This document shows positions 23,481 through 37,299 of a DNA stretch of 64,000 nucleotides, in pieces. How positions within the stretch are numbered: the first letter of the stretch is position 1; each line of letters begins with the position of its first letter. The stretch is from Eledone cirrhosa (Eukaryota): contig OZ024741.1 in assembly GCA_964016885.1 (NCBI GenBank), forward strand, positions 359,166,001-359,230,000. Direction: 5' to 3'. The position numbers were made by a program, and so were the translations under genes. The notes under the pieces were generated by a model, which saw only the letters and a program-made list of their open reading frames with translations, made no database searches and was not told where the DNA came from.

Positions 23481-23523
23481 GTCAAAGTTCTTTCGTCACA
23501 CATTCTGTGACCTCTTCAGTGAC
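23481..23523 (-). ncRNA. Minimal type I hammerhead ribozyme
   Basis: GUCA-CUGAAGA-GGUCAC/agaaugu/GUGAC-GAAAG-aa-CUU-UGAC; the mirror copy at 24458-24500 (+) has a C3A change. Confidence 0.75.
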
Positions 23524-23724
23524 TGGGGATTCTTTTCTTTGTTTTTGTGCCTCTCCTTTGTTCTGTCCTACGCCATCTTGTTTTTGTGTATGTGTTGCGT
23601 GCTTAGTTTGCGCATGTGTTACATCTGGGTGTATGTGTGTGTTTATATTCGTTTATTTATTTGTTTATTTACATGTTACTGGTTGGTTGTTTGTTCTATG
23701 TGCGTGTGTGTTTTCATTTTGTCC

Positions 23725-24032
23725 TTAATTGTAAGTTGTGATGTTGCTGTTCCACTCATGTTTTCTATTTAATTTGGGTTGGAGTTCATTTATGTAAATT
23801 GTGATTTGTCTAAACATTGCGTCTTTTCTGTGTGTAGATTCTATTTTTATTTCTATGTTCTCTAATTTACCCTTATGTTCTATTTTAGCATGTTGGTAGA
23901 GTACAGATGATTCTTTACTATCTTGAAGGTCTCGCCAGTGTTCATTTATCCGTTCCCCTATACTACGAGCTGTCTCACCTATGTACACTATATTTTTATC
24001 TCTACATTGTCCTTCAGTACATCTTATGCTAT
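23725..24032 (-). pseudogene. Penelope-like GIY-YIG endonuclease C-terminal fragment
   Basis: YSIRCTEGQC...VYIGETARSIGERINEH...SVLYQH...ELQPKLN. Confidence 0.85.
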
Positions 24033-24666
24033 AACGGATAAATGAACACTGGCGAGACCTTCAAGATAGTAAAGAATCATCTGTACTCTACCAACATGCT
24101 AAAATAGAACATAAGGGTAAATTAGAGAACATAGAAATAAAAATAGAATCTACACACAGAAAAGACGCAATGTTTAGACAAATCACAGAGGCAATAAACA
24201 TAAATGAACTCCAACCAAAATTAAATAGAAAACATGAGTGGAACAGCAACATCACAACTTACAATTAAGGACAAAATGAAAACACACACGCACATAGAAC
24301 AAACAACCAACCAGTAACATGTAAATAAACGAATATAAACACACACAGACACCTGGATGTAACACATGCGCAAACTAAGCACGCAACACACACACAAAAA
24401 CAAGATGGCGTAGGACAGAACAAAGAAGAGGCACAAAAACAAAGAAAAGAATCCCCAGTCAATGAAGAGGTCACAGAATGTGTGACGAAAGAACTTTGAC
24501 AATATATAAACAATCATCTGGTTGTGGAACCAACCAACCAACCAACCAGAAATTTATAAATTCCTAAATTTATGAATTTATAAATTTATAAATTTATTAT
24601 AATAAATTGAAGTGAAAGCAACTGGTGCGTGTGTTTCTTATTGGCAACATGACCCTCCCAAAGTAT

Positions 24667-24720
<54 letters not shown>

Positions 24721-25176
24721 TATATGTACGTATGTGTATATGAGTGAGACACGGTCACCCAACACAACTTGCCTCTAAATGGGATCCGTCTAACCCATGC
24801 TAGACTGGAAGATGGATGTTAATTGATGATGATGATGATGATGATGATATATATATAATAAGCAAGTAAGACGGTTATGTTAGTCCATCCCTATTTGTTT
24901 TATTATACGTATTTCAAAGATGTATAGCTTTTATATAACATCAGTCAACATGTTCTCTTCAGATAAAATCCACAGGAGATATAAATATCAGTTAATATGC
25001 AAGCAGTCACACAAGTTATTTACTTCAGTGACTGGCAAGAGATGGACTAACGTAACTGTCTTACTTGTTTATTATTATAATAAAAGTCCAGATAAACATA
25101 AACTGTTGAGTGCTTGACATCTGTTATGTAAAATTTGTCTGATTTTCAATCAACCAACTTTCTCTAATTGAATGAA

Positions 25177-25228
<52 letters not shown>

Positions 25229-25231
<3 letters not shown>

Positions 25232-25630
25232 AACTGAAATTTTACTCCTTGGAACGAAGACGGGAGAGATATGCAGTGATGTACATATGGAAAATCCTGG
25301 AGGGAGTAGCACCAAACTTTGGCATTGAGAGCTGGACCAACCCCGAACAAGACATAACTGTGTGGTGCCAAAGGTCCAGTCTTTCACATCTAAAATAAGG
25401 AACAGATATTGCAATAGCCTAGGGTTCAAAGGCCCTCAACTCTTCAACAAGCTGCCAAGAAATTTGAGAGATCTACATTGTGTGAACGTGGATGTTTTCA
25501 AGAAACATCTTGACACCCTGCTATCCAGGATCCCGGATGAGCCCACAGCATGGTATGAAGGTAACCTAAAGGCAGCAGCAATAAACTCCCTCTTATACCA
25601 ATGGCTAACCAAAACAGGCTGGAGATAGAA
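25229..25630 (+). pseudogene. CR1-group LINE 3' fragment
   Basis: LKFYSLERRRERYAVMYIWKIL, GPQLFNKLPRNLR, FKKHLDTLL resemble CR1-type ORF2 C-termini. Confidence 0.7.
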
Positions 25631-25711
25631 TGTGTAACAACAAGGGTGGTGCCCCAGTATGGCCTCAGTCGGATGGCTGGAACAGGTAAAAGAGTAATAT
25701 ATATATTTATC

Positions 25712-25965
25712 ATCATTATCATCATCATCACCGTTTTACATCGATTCTTCCACGCTCGCATTGTGGGCAATGTTAGGTCAGCTGACCTTGTCTTGCTCGT
25801 ACGAAAACTGATTCTGGCTTGATTTCTACAGCCGGATGCCCTTCCTAACACCAACCTCATTTACAGTGAGTGCTGGGTGCTTTTTTGCTGTGGTGTCTAC
25901 ACATCAACTTTACAGTGTGGGCTGGGTGCTTTTTTGCCGTGGCACCTCCACGACCCCTTTGCAGT
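25712..25965 (-). mobile_element. SINE 3' half (same family as 13671)
   Basis: gatttctacagccggatgcccttcctaacaccaacc is the reverse complement of the SINE tail. Confidence 0.75.
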
Positions 25966-26854
25966 AGGAGGGGATGGGGCATATTGTCAATATATATATA
26001 TATATATATATTAAAATGTTACAACTGGCTGTTGCAACATTATCATCCTTGTTTCATCACGTTTCTCCTCCATGTTATGGATTGGATGAGAATTTGATTT
26101 GATAGTGGGGTGGGGGGATTTTATAGCTGGATGATCCTTTCTTAAGACAACCCCTAAAATATCGTACACACTCACGCACACACATCCACACACGTATATA
26201 TCCTCCTCATTGTCACCATCAACAGTATCATCATCATTATAATGGTGTAGAAACCATACCAAAAATGGAACATGTAATCCCCTGACCTATTGAGGACAGT
26301 AGCTCTGATTAAATTCTAACTTCATCTGTAACAACCCACACAACCCCTGACAGCATAGAAAAACATGTAAAATAATGATAATAATAATGATGATGATGAT
26401 GATGATATATCATCATCATCATCATCATCATCATCATTTTTATGTTTGCTTTCTATGCTGTCATAGGTTGGATGGATTGTCACAGTCTGAGACCAGATGG
26501 GTCACAGAGACCCGCTTGCTCATACACTCCATATTTGGCAGTTTCTATGGCTGGATGCCCTTCCTAACACCGTGAGGATGATGATGATGATAATGATGAT
26601 AATGCTAGCATTGTATATATTGAATAACAGGTAAATCAAATTTATTCACATTAATAATACTAATTACTGTCAAATTGTGATTTATTATTGATAGATAATG
26701 AGTTATTACTGCATAGCTGCATTCAGTCAAACTTCGGCAGGATTTGAACTCAGAACAAAAAGGGTCGCAACTAAATATCTCCAAGCATTATGTCAATCAT
26801 GCTATAAATAGTGATTTCTAATTTTAGGTACAAGGTGCCTAATTTTAGGTACAA

Positions 26855-27375
26855 TGTTCCAGCTTCAGCATTCAGTAATCAGAAGGGCGGTAGGTGTAAA
26901 AGCCAAATTCGCTATATTCAATTCAGTTTTCATGCCAACTCTTACCTATGGTCATGAATCTTGGGTAATGACTAAAAGAATACGTTCGCGAATACAAACA
27001 GCTAAAAGAGGTTCCTCCGAAGGGTCTTTGGAGTGACATTACTCGATAAAGTGCATAGTTCGGATATCAGATAGTCACTCCAGGTAGAGCCACTGCTTCT
27101 CCAAATTGAGAGATCACAGCTCTGATACTATGGGTATGTGGTTAGAATCTCAGGAAAGAATCGCTGGACAGATTTTATGGTCTAAACCAACTGGCAGGAG
27201 ACTCAGGGGTAGACCCTGAGCAAGATGATTGGTAACATCCATGAGCTTGGCTGGTCTTGCTTGGGGATCCAGCCAGATCAGTTGGAGATGGTTGCTTTTG
27301 ACAGGACCCTCTGGAAAGTGTGTTTGAGGACTCTGCCCCCACAACCCTCTCAGTAATAAGTGGACGAAGAAGATG
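26855..27375 (+). pseudogene. RTE-clade LINE 3' fragment
   Basis: PTLTYGHESWVMTKRIRSRIQTA and GRP motif; similar copy at 59890-60735. Confidence 0.75.
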
Positions 27376-28140
27376 TGCAAGGCCAGCAAATTTTTAGGAG
27401 GAAGAGCAAAGTTGATTAAATCAATCCCTGTGATTATTTTATCAACACTGAAAGGATGAAAAGCAAAATTGAGCCCCTTGTTTGGATTTGAACACAGAAT
27501 ATAAAGAGCTAGAACAAACAGAGCAATGACATTTTTATCCAACAGTTTACCAAATCTGCCAATCTACCACTTTTAATCATGCTATTAATATTGGTTTATG
27601 ATTTTGGTTCAAGACCAGCAATTTAGGATGAGGGGAAAGTTGATTAAATCAACTCCATTGTGTTACTGGTACTTTATTTTATTGACCCCATAAGGATAAA
27701 AGGCAAAGCTAACCTCAGTTGGATTTGAACTCCTCAGAATATAAAGAGTAAGAACAAACATAGCAATGATATTTTTATCCAATAGTTCACCAATTCTGCC
27801 AATCTACTACCCTCAATCATGCTATTGATGATATTAAAAAGTAATTAACCTTGACAGTGACTTTCTGCTAGTTAGGACTGACCAATCATTTGACAACCAG
27901 ATTTTTTTATATGTGCTACTGTCACAGATTATCAAAAGATTAATAAGGATTTGGGAGTTGTTATTGCTGCTGTTGATGATGATGATGTTGATATTGTTGC
28001 TGTTGATGTTGTTATTTTATTATTGATGTTGTTAATGTAGTTATTGTTACTGATGCTGTTATTGTTGTCATTGTTATTGTTATTGTCATTGTTATCGTTG
28101 TTATTGTATTGTTGTTGATGATGATGTAGTTGTTGCTGTT

Positions 28141-31100
28141 AAAAACGAAAACAAATAAAACACACCAACAAAACATTAAAAACTTTGTGCTTGTCAGAAG
28201 GGCCAACGATAAATTGATGGCCTTCTTAGCACGAAGCGAGGACATCCAAACAGAGGGAGAGATCTTTGAATTAAACACATTTTGCGTGCCAGAAGATTTG
28301 CTTCTGGTGCGAATGTCGCTCGATTCCTACAAAGAAATTCAAGAGAGCTTTCCTCAAGACGTGGGAACCTCAAACATGAAACCCACAGCGAGACTTTTAA
28401 AGGGGTTCCCAAAAGAAACCCCACCAACCATGGAGGTCGAACCACCCGACCTTCACAAGACCTCGGGTGGTAAGTAAACCTTCCCTCTCTCTTTTAGCTT
28501 GCCAACATGGTGGACATATTAAGAGTAGGAAGTTGAAATGTTCGTGGCTTGGGGTCACCCTGGAAGCAGGGTCACCTGCGCAACGACCTCTGGAAATGGA
28601 TGTGATTGCCGTCAGTGAGACCAGAATTTCCGACACGCGTGCACTAACCCCCCATTTTCGACAACTATCAGATCTTTGCATCTGTTAACAGGCCAGAAAT
28701 GAGAGGTGGTGTGGCAGTGCTGTTTAGGAAAGGTCTGGATCTCAAGGTAAGATTGATCTTCCGGGACCCGGATGGTAAGTTGGTGGTCCTGGATGTGAGC
28801 AGTAGCAAAGGTGGTGCCTTTAGACTGCTGGCCATCTACACCCCTACTGGGGCCAGATGACCAGACTTCTTTGGGCGGCTGGAAACCTTTATGAGTACAT
28901 CTCACCCTCTACTGTTAGCGGGGGACTGGAACGGCATCTTAGATGCACGCTGGGATTGTGTGGGAGTAGCTGATAGGAGCGGGGGGTGCAAAAACCTCAA
29001 ACACCTAATCAGCCAGTTCCAACTGTCTGACAGGTATCGACTAGATTTCCCCAATGTGCCAGTGTGGACGTGGACAAACTGCATAGGGTCATCTAGATCG
29101 TATATAGACAGGATCTTCATTAGGAAATAGATAGAAATAATGTAGGCTGCTCAATTTTTAAAACAGTCGCCTATTCAAATCACAAATTTGTGATCTGTAT
29201 GGTTGACCTAGATAAAACGCGTAGGTTGGGACCTGGTTACTGGAAGCTGAACATGTCATTTCTGGCACGTAAGGCTTACAGGGACCGAGTCAACAATTTA
29301 GTTAAGCAAAAGTTGACAGGGGGGATCATCAACAAACAACAGATGGTGGGGGCTCTCAAAAGAAAGATTAGAGTAACTTTGATAGAGTTCAGCAAAGAAC
29401 TAGCATGAGAGAAAAATAGAAAGGAGGGGGGAGCTGCTAGATAAGTTAGACGAGGCTATTTGTAGTGGCATTGCAACTGACGTGCTAGCGGCGAGAATGG
29501 CATTAGACCATTTCTTCAATGCAAAACACAAAGGTTGCATTGTCAGAGCTAAGGCGCGTGCGCTGAGAAATGAGGGAACCAAAGCTGTTCGATGGGCCCG
29601 CATGGCAGAGGCGCAGCGTGGTAATAAAACTACAATTCGGTCTTTGGGGGACCGAGACGGCCACGAGATAAGTGATTCCAAGCGGATGTGCGCGGCCTTT
29701 CTCCAGCACTTTGCTCGGTTGTTACGGGAGAGTGGCGAGTCAGAGAGAGTAGCAGATTTCAGTCCCTACCTTGACAGCTTGCCGCGCATCTCAATGGTCG
29801 ATGCTGAGTGCTGCGAAAGGCCGATTACTTCAGCCAAAATTCAGGACGCCTTTGTCGGCTGCATGAGGCGCAAGTCACCTGGTTTGGATGGCCTGCCCTA
29901 CGAGCTTTATGTAAATATGCCAGACTTGTTCTCCGATCTCCTCGAAGCACTCTACTGCAACTGGCAGCAGAATGGGAGTATTCCCAGTTCTGTGAGCAGG
30001 GGAGTGGTGACGCTGATAAGGAAAGACGAGAACAAGAGGGATACATTAGACAACTTCAGGCCCATAACTCTGCTCAACACAGAGTTTAAGATTTTGGCCA
30101 AGGTGTTAGCAAAGAGATTGGCGCTTGTCGTCGAGGATTTGGTTGGAGAGGTGCAAACTTGTGCAATCCCAGCCAGATCTATACACGACAATCTCCACCT
30201 CATGCGATACATCATAGAGTGGGTGATGGTGTAAACCTGGCTTCAGTGGGGCACTGATCAATTTAGATCAATCGAAAGCATTCGATAGGATCGACCATCA
30301 GGATCTGGAGTTTGTCCTCAAAGCAGCTGGCTTCGGCCTTGTCTTCAGAAGCTGGATCGCTGCAATACACAGTGGCACATGCTCGGTGGTCAAGGTTAAT
30401 GGCCACCTCTTGGAACCATTTCTGCTCTCCCGATCGGTCCGTCAAGGGTGCCCTCTCTCTTCCCTTCTGTACATATTGACTCTCAAGCCTTTACTGCAGA
30501 AGCTGGAGCTGTTGCAGGGCATTTCGCTCAAACCGAGATGTGGAAAGGGGGTGTCGGCTTATGCAGACGACATCACCGTGATGGTGTCGGACACCTCAGA
30601 AATTGAGGTGGTCGGCACCTTATTGAAGAAATATGAAAGGTTGACAGGAGCCAAACTTTACCCAGAAAAGTCGGTGAGCTTGCAGCTCGGAACCTGGAGA
30701 GGCAAGCCCATGCCATCCAACAGCATTGTAGGGCGCTGGACAGATGGACTGGTAAAGTTGCTCGGGGTTTGGTTCGAACCAGACCGCTAGGTGGAAAAGA
30801 ATTGGGATGAGGTAACGAGCAGGGTAGCCAGTCTCACCCAAAAATGGGCTGGGAGGAAGCTATCACTGAAAGGTCGCGCGGAGGTTGTGAATGCATACAT
30901 CGCATCCGTCATCTACTATCGCCTGACCATCGTGCCTTGCCCCCGTCTGCGCCTTGTCAAGCTGGAATGGCTCCTCTTCAAATTCTTGTGGAGAAGACAA
31001 GTTCCATTGGTGAGGCGGTCCATCTACTGCCAGCACCCTCTACGCGGAGGGCTGGGCATAACATGGCTAATGATGCGCAGACATGCGCTGAGGCTGCAAT

Positions 31101-32200
31101 ATCTCCAGATATTCTGCCTAAACAGTGAACAGGTGTGGTCGCCGTTTATCAGCCGGGCCTTTCCGCAGCTCGTTTCTTTGACTGAGCTGCAGTCCTGGGT
31201 CAAGAAGAGACCAAGACTGGGTGACTGGCACCTGGAATGTTGCCAGGCACTCACTGCCCTCTACCAAGTGGGCAATGCAATCAGTGGAACTTCCACTCTC
31301 GAGTTCTATAGAGGATTAGTGGTGGGCAAGTGCGACGAAGCACTCAGAGAAGCTTTGGACCTCGACGAAGTCGAACTGACCAGTCTGTACCGGAGGACTT
31401 TCGAGCCAGGGACGATGGACAATTTCCAGAAATCCCTTGCTTGGCAGTGCTACCGGCACTGCCCGTTCGGGATAAACTCTACAGGCACGGAAGTGCTGTC
31501 TGACGGACCTGCCCAAGATGCACACAGAGCGACAAAACCGTTCTGCACGCACTTGTCCAATGTCCATGGATTACTGACTTGTGGCGTTATGTCGAACAGC
31601 TAATGTCGCATGTGGAACGGATCCGGCTATCAGCCGAGTTCATAGTGAAGATCGACGCGCCGCCTTCCTTAGGTCAGGAAGAGCAGGCAATTTTCCTCTG
31701 TCTGGTGGTAGTTGCGAAAGAGATTATATGGTGGAACAGATTGAAAGGACTGAAGACAGACACTTTTCTCTTCGGCCAATCCCTCATCAACTTCTTCAAG
31801 TTTCACCTGGAGGGTGGAGAGAGAAGTGCTGCCCCCCCCCCCCCCAGTACATTTGCTAAAAGGTAGATGAATGTGACGAGAATGGCCCGTGTGAATGGGC
31901 CTACTCTGACCATGCGCCTATAGGCTAGCTAATTTGAGGAGAGGAGTGCTCTCCCTGGGTGCCCTAGAAGCGCAGGGTGGTTCAGGATTGGTGGGGTACC
32001 TGAGTCACCCCTGGGTCATCCACCCCCTACAGGGGAATTTATTTTGTTATATTAAAGCATAGTTTATTTTATATTTTTATATCTTCATTGTTAAATTAGT
32101 CTTGCCATTGTTCACTTTTACTTGACCTTATTGTAAACCCCCACTGTCCCTGTCTTTGTATTGTCCCCTACATGTCGGCCCTTGTGGCCAATAAATGAAA
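28141..32200 (+). mobile_element. Older diverged Tx1-like retrotransposon, 5'-truncated, ORF2 broken
   Basis: ORF1 tail to 28477; ORF2 from ATG near 28508 to about 31923 (AGDWN, KSPGLDG, YADD, LSLKGR) with stops and shifts; 3' end gcccttgtggccaataaatgaaa; embedded in (TTG/ATT/ATC) low-complexity DNA. Confidence 0.9.
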
Positions 32201-32679
32201 TCATCATTATTGCTATTATTTTACAATTGATGTTGTTATTGTTAATGTAGTTAATATTATTATTTGTTGTTGTTATTGTCTTTGTTATCATTGTTACTAT
32301 TGTTATTGTTGCTGTTGTTATTGTGCATTTTCTCATCTCTTTTACTGTTTTATCAGTGTAAGAAGAGCAATGTTCATGACCCTTTTCTGAGTCTCTGAGA
32401 CCAATGAAGGTATTCTCTCCTCCAATAATATGTCTCCACATTTCTTGGTCATTCCTCATCAGTTTGTTAGATCCAGCACCTCGAGCAGGTCCATTACCAA
32501 GAGAGGAGAACTGGAAGGCATTGCCACCACACACACATATATACACACTGACTTTTTAATGGTGCACCTTCAGATTAAAAAACTTTATGGTAATATACTT
32601 ATTCCAAGGAAAACAAAAGAAAAAACAAAACAAAGAAACAACACAAATAAAGTTTCATAACTTTAATATTATTAGTTTC

Positions 32680-33720
32680 AAATTTAGGCTCAAGGCCAGC
32701 AATTTTGTGAGAAGGGGAAAGTCTATTATACTGACCCCAGAAGGATAAAAAGCAAAGTTGATATCAGCGGGATTTGAAGACAGAACATAAAATTCAATAA
32801 CTAAATATGACAAAAACAATTTCTTTGACACTCAAGTGATCCTGCCAAACCAATAATAAACATTATTTCTACATTTGGTACTAAGCCAGCAATTTGAAAG
32901 GAAGGGAAAAGTCGATTAAATCGACCCCGTAAGGATGAAAGGAAAAGTTAACCTCAGTGGGATTTGAACTCAGATCATAAAGGGCCGTAACTCTATGCTG
33001 CAAAGCATGGCATCGAACCCTCTACCAATACTGCCAATCCACCACCAATAATAATAATTGTTTCCACTTAGGCATAAAGTCCACCAATAATAATAATAAT
33101 TGTTTCTACTTTTGGCACAAAGCCACCAATTATTCCAGTGTATTACTGGTACTTTATTTTATCGACCCCGTAAGGATGAAAGGCAAAGTTAACCTCGGTG
33201 GGATTTGAACTCGGATCATATAGGGCCGTAACTCTTTGCTGCAACGCATGGCATCCGACCCTCTACCGATACTGCCAATCGACCACCCTTACCAATAATG
33301 GTTTCTTATATAGGCACAAGGCCAGCAATTTGGGAGGATGGGAAAGTCGATTAAATCGACACCAGTACGTTACTGGTACTTTATTTTATCGACCCCGTAA
33401 GGATGAAAGGCAAAGTTAACCTCGGTGGGATTTGAACTCGGATCATATAGGGCCGTAACTCTTTGCTGCAACGCATGGCATCCGACCCTCTACCGATACT
33501 GCCAATCGACCACCCTACCACGACCCTTATCAATAATAATAATAATAATAATTGTTTCTACTTTTGGCACAAGGCCAGCAATTATCCCAATGCATTACTG
33601 GTGCTTTATTTTATTAACCCCTTATGGATGAAAGGCAAAGTTAACCTCGGCGGGATTTGAACCCACACCGTAAAGGGCCGTAACTCCATGCTGCAAAGCA
33701 TGTCATCCGATCCTCTACTG
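32680..33720 (-). repeat. Tandem cluster of SINE-derived units, including a 227-bp near-perfect duplication
   Basis: Repeated gacccc-gtaaggatgaaaggcaaagttaacctcgg-gggatttgaac; ORF-track starts 33198 and 33425 are identical; related copies at 27380-27830, 50860-51030 and 59310-59510. Confidence 0.75.
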
Positions 33721-33722
33721 AA

Positions 33723-35165
33723 TTCTTTCTTTCTTAGCCACTAGGGCCAAAACATAAAGGACAATACAAATGGCAAAAGACTAGGAATTTACATATAATC
33801 AAGTGTGTAACCAAAGAAAACAGGTAACACAATAATCAACTTAAAACAACAAATTCCTTAAATAAGGCAAAGCACCATCCAGGGGTAATTTAAGAACTCA
33901 CAGGTCCAAAACAACCCTGATCACCAAGAGCACCATAGGATGATGTCCCTCTCCACTCTGAACTCTCCTGCGCACAGGCGCATGCTCAGTGTAGGCCCAT
34001 TTACTCAGGCCATCCTCACTACATTCACCTACCTTTTTAACAAATATACTGGGGGCGCACACTTCCTTCTTCACCCTCACCTTCTTTTCTGAGTGGAACT
34101 TGAAAAAGTTTATGAGGGCTTAGCCAAAGAGGAATGTGTCTATCTTCAGTCCTTTCAACGGTGTCCACCACACAACCTTTTTTTGTCACAGCCACCAGAC
34201 AATAGAAAACTGCTTCCCCTTCCCAGCCAAAAGAAAGCAGCAGGAGGATCTTCATGATGAAGATGGCTGATAGTCAGATCCTTCCTACACATGACAATAG
34301 CTGTTTGACAAAACTCCACAAATTAGCAATGATTTAACACAAGATGAGTGCATGCAGAACGGCTTCAATACTCAGCACACATTTTGAATAGCTTCATTTG
34401 ATTGCACTTCTGTGCCTGTATAGTTTGTGTTGAACCAGCAGTGCCAACCCAATAGCACTGCTAGGCCAGGCATTTCTGGAAATTTACCATAGTCCCCAGA
34501 CTGAAAGTTCTCAAGAACAGACTGGTTAGTTCCTTCTCGTCGACACCTATAATTTTTCAAAGAACATCATCACTGTTGCCCACCATAAGACCTCTATAGA
34601 ATACTAACATGGAATTTCCACTGACCACATTGCTCAATTTGTAGAGAGCTGTGAATGCCTGACAACATTCCAGATGCAGTTATTCAGTATCAATCTTTGG
34701 TTAACCCAGGATTGCAGCTCAGTCAAAGAGATGAGCTGCAGAAAGACCACACTTTACCATTTAGGAATATCTGCAAATGCCTTAGCCTCAGTGTATGTTT
34801 GTGCATCCTCAGCCATGGCATGCTGAGCCCTCCACACAAAGGGTGTTGGTAGCAGATGAACTGCCTGACCAGTAGAACCTGTCTCTTCAACAGGAAGTGA
34901 GAGAGCAAGCACACTTGCCTGGTGGGGTATGAACTGAGGCAAGGCACAATGGTCAAGCAGTAATATATTACAAAGGCAATGTACAAATTCACCACCTTTG
35001 CCCGCCTTTTCAGGAATAGTTTCCTTTCAAACAATTTCTGAGTGACAGTGACTACCCTGCTCGTCACCTCATTCCAGTTCTTATCCACTTGGAAGTCTGG
35101 ATTAAACTAGACCCGACGTAACTTAACCAATCCATCCATCCAACATTCGATGGAGCTGTTGAATG
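33723..35165 (-). mobile_element. Highly degenerate Tx1-like 3' fragment
   Basis: DKNWNEVTSRV..KLFLKRRAKVVNLYIA, GGLSMPWLRMHKHTLRLRHL; 3' end ggccctagtggctaagaaagaaa. Confidence 0.85.
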
Positions 35166-35545
35166 GCATAATGATATAAACAGCACAACATGCCTTTTAT
35201 CCTTTCAAGATCAATAAAAAAAAAACCAGTCTAGTACTTGGGTCGATTCTTCCTCTCTCTAGAAGAAATCTGCTGTACTCAGGCCTGGAGAGAGTTGGGC
35301 TCTGCCGAGCTTAAAATGCCCAAGAAATGCCATATGTCAATATGGTGCCCCTATGACTCTATCAGGAGTTACATGACCATACAATACCATACAATATAAA
35401 TAAACACATAAATAAAAATCACAAATAAATAACAAAAGTAAACAAATAGATAAACAATGTTTAGCCAAACAGTAAATGAAGAAGTCTGAATGTTTATCAT
35501 TTGTTGTAACATAAAACCACAAATCAGAGAAACCCTTCCCTTTTG

Positions 35546-35587
35546 GTTGCTAAGCAACAAAGAATGCAACTTCCGTTGTTGCCATTG
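35546..35587. promoter_or_regulatory. Candidate RFX X-box plus ETS-like site
   Basis: GTTGCTAAGCAAC (35546-35558), ACTTCCG (35569-35575) and half-site GTTGCCAT in non-repetitive-looking DNA. Confidence 0.35.
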
Positions 35588-35703
35588 TTTTTGTTGAGGT
35601 TCTTGTTGTTCTTCCCCTTCATCAAACAGGAAGTCTTGAGTTACTAATTAATGTCTACCTAACACACATATATCTAAGTATATATATATATATATATACT
35701 TAG

Positions 35704-35764
<61 letters not shown>

Positions 35765-37299
35765 TAGATAGATAGTTAGATATACATGCATGTATATATA
35801 CATACATATATGTACATGTATATATATGTGAGTGTGTGTATATAAATATATATACACACATACACACATATATATATATACACACACATAAATATACATG
35901 TGTATGTATATATATATATTCTTTCTCACTACCAATTAAGTTCTTCAGAAATAGAAACTTTGTTCTCCTTTACTTATGTAGGTGCAGGCATAACACCGTA
36001 GTTAAGCAGTTCACTTCACAACCACATGGTTTGGGGTTCACTCCCAATATGTAATTTCTTGGGTGAGTATATTCTACTAGAACCTGGGCTTCACCACTAC
36101 TACCACCACCATTATAATCATCATCATCATCATTATGAAAACCAGTTAACATTTTTTTCCAAGCTGGCATATATTTGAGGTTGGCTTCTATGGTTGAATG
36201 CCCTTCCTAATGCCAACCACTTCACACCACATACCTGGTGCTTTTAATTGTGGCACCAGCACTATCACCTAACTGATAGGAACAAGTGATTTTTATCCTA
36301 GCAACAACCTTACAGGGTGGACAGAGTGCTTTTCATGACATCAGCACAACCCCCTAACAAAATAGGCAAGGTACATGTTATCATGGCACCAGCACTACCA
36401 CCTTACAGAGTGGAATGGGTGTTTTTTTTTTTTATCATGGCACCAGCACTACCTTATTATGACATTAGCATGCTCATTGTGCCCTTAGCAAGGCTAGGAA
36501 GTCAGTGATTCAGATGAGTCAGGTTTAAGATGAAAGTGGGGGGATGTGACTACATATTGCATGCTGAGGGAGTTGGTTATCCTACAGTAGGGGAGCAAGT
36601 GTCAAGTTGTGGAAAAGACTTTGAAGAACATGAGTAAAATTGGGTAGATGGAAACTGAAGAATTAGTAGCATTTGCCATGTTTTACTATAGAAAATAGTC
36701 TAATAACAAGATGCATAAGTCCCCAGAAAAACATGGACAATCAACTTGCCTACCCTGTTATTAGATTATTTTCTATAATCAAACATACAACAATAACTAC
36801 TAATTCAATTCAATTTTCAAATTTCAATTACCTTCTTCTAAAGACATATGGTTGCTTACATATATAAATATATATACATATATATATATATGTGTGTGTG
36901 TGTGTTTGTGTCTGTGGGAGTATGTGTTTGTGTGTATGTGTGATTGCTGTTATATATTGAATCATATATAAAATGTTCGTGTAAATAAACATTTTTGTAA
37001 CCTTGTTATGGATTTTAGAAGTGATAATTATGCCAACACTATTCTTAGCAACCAAGAGAGAGAACCCTGACAGTACAGTTTCTAGTTCATTAACCTTTGT
37101 GGGAGGGACTTACTCTTCTTGTATGTTGAGATGAAATAAGCTAAAAGCTTACAGATTTATGCTTGAGAATATCAGCTGATAAAGCTCATTTGTAGTGAGG
37201 CTACAAAAACGTTTATTTACATGAACATTTCATATATGATTCAATATACAACCCCAGTCACATCCAATCATGCTATGTCAGAGCATCACTACCTCTCAT

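Larger units (their letters stand above)
23307..24674. repeat. Large inverted repeat (about 645-bp arms, 78-nt spacer) built from a Penelope 3' end
   Basis: 23307-23954 is the reverse complement of 24033-24674 with a few substitutions and indels. Confidence 0.93.

Noticed and set aside
32118-32546. 142-aa minus-strand ORF possibly interrupted by the old Tx1 insertion
   Set aside because: Mostly low complexity; no clean continuing frame at 27850-28140
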